Positions 63,066 through 64,000 of a stretch of 64,000 bases of DNA are shown here, piece by piece. Source of the stretch: Okamejei kenojei (Eukaryota); NCBI GenBank assembly GCA_035221665.1, contig CM069154.1, forward strand, positions 9,114,001 through 9,178,000, read 5' to 3'. The notes beneath the pieces were generated by a model. That model made no database searches. It had not been told where the DNA came from and was given only the letters and a program-made list of their open reading frames with translations. Made by a program: the position numbers and the translations under genes. The stretch's first letter is position 1; the number at the start of each line of letters is the position of its first letter.

Positions 63066-64000
63066 CCTTCTGTGCTGTAGCCCTTGCAGGAGCCTAGGTT
63101 ATCATTGAACACTCGATGTCAATATTCTGTAAGGTGCCTCTCTGAAAGATTGAACCTGCTCCTCAAGTTACCTTCAGCTTTAATGTTTGATTGAGGTAAT
63201 CTTGCGTTTGATTTTTCCTTACAAAATCATATTTCGTGGAATTGACCTGAGCTGTTTTGTTCAGGTGGCTAGGTGCTCTGTTAATGGAAGCATTTCACTC
63301 CGAGGAACAGATTGCTTTGTGGGCCGTGGAGAGTGGATCCAGATTCCTATCCATCAGATAACACCAGGCCCTAACGCTATCCACACAGCTATTCCAAAAC
63401 AGCCTCCGATGAGTGATGTGTAGAATCAGTGGGGAGATGGTAAACTGTACACCTGACTTGCCACTCGCAAATGAGTCAAAACATCAGCATTTTGTGTTCA
63501 CACGCGGAGCCAAATGGCCACAGCTGTGTGATTCCAATCTGTCACACGCGGATAAACCTGGCTGCTTCTCATTCCGCACATCCATCGCGGGGATCATCAT
63601 TCCTTTCACTCCTAAAGCCATGAAATTGCATTCGGAACGGGCGCAGGTACCGACAGGAGTAGTCAAAACATCGAGGAGCTGGGGCCGTGACTGATATACC
63701 TGTCGATGGATTAAACAGATTACGCAGAGGAAGCATGAAAACCGGCGAGGAGCAGAGGGAAAATAAAAGACAGATCTTGTGTCCTTGAAGGTTCCCCAAA
63801 GAGTGGGGGTTGGGGCTGTGGGGGTGGGGAAGACTGGGTAGGGATGAAGGGAGGTGGGTGATGATAAAGGACCAAGATGCACAGATTTAGGACTTCAGGC
63901 CAAACTGCACAAAATCTTTGAGTCAAAACTTTTTAAATGCAAAGAGTTGCATCAAGCACTTGGGCAGCTTACAACCCAGCGGTATGAACGTTGATTTCCC

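Overview
Eukaryotic, repeat-rich DNA from a cartilaginous fish, most likely a skate or ray (inferred from HE1-type V-SINEs, HER1/CR1 LINEs and SacSINE-like Deu elements). The only recognisable host gene is the 3' part of TMCC2 on the + strand: four coding exons (5660-6005, 10827-11415, 20210-20345, 24865-25176) and a nearly transposon-free block of about 8.4 kb that is probably the 3' UTR. The rest is CR1/HER1 and Rex1/Babar LINE fragments, HE1 SINEs, Penelope-derived palindromic repeats carrying minimal hammerhead motifs, MITEs, a decayed Tc1 and a tRNA-Ala pseudogene. The most notable signal is three very short TSD-flanked insertions of two families (39197-39341, 42228-42394, 57929-58032). 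Each starts at, or one base before, G1 of a minimal HDV/CPEB3-like ribozyme fold, suggesting ribozyme-headed non-autonomous retroposons. Repeat boundaries were read by eye and are approximate unless a TSD is quoted; no ribozyme activity has been tested.
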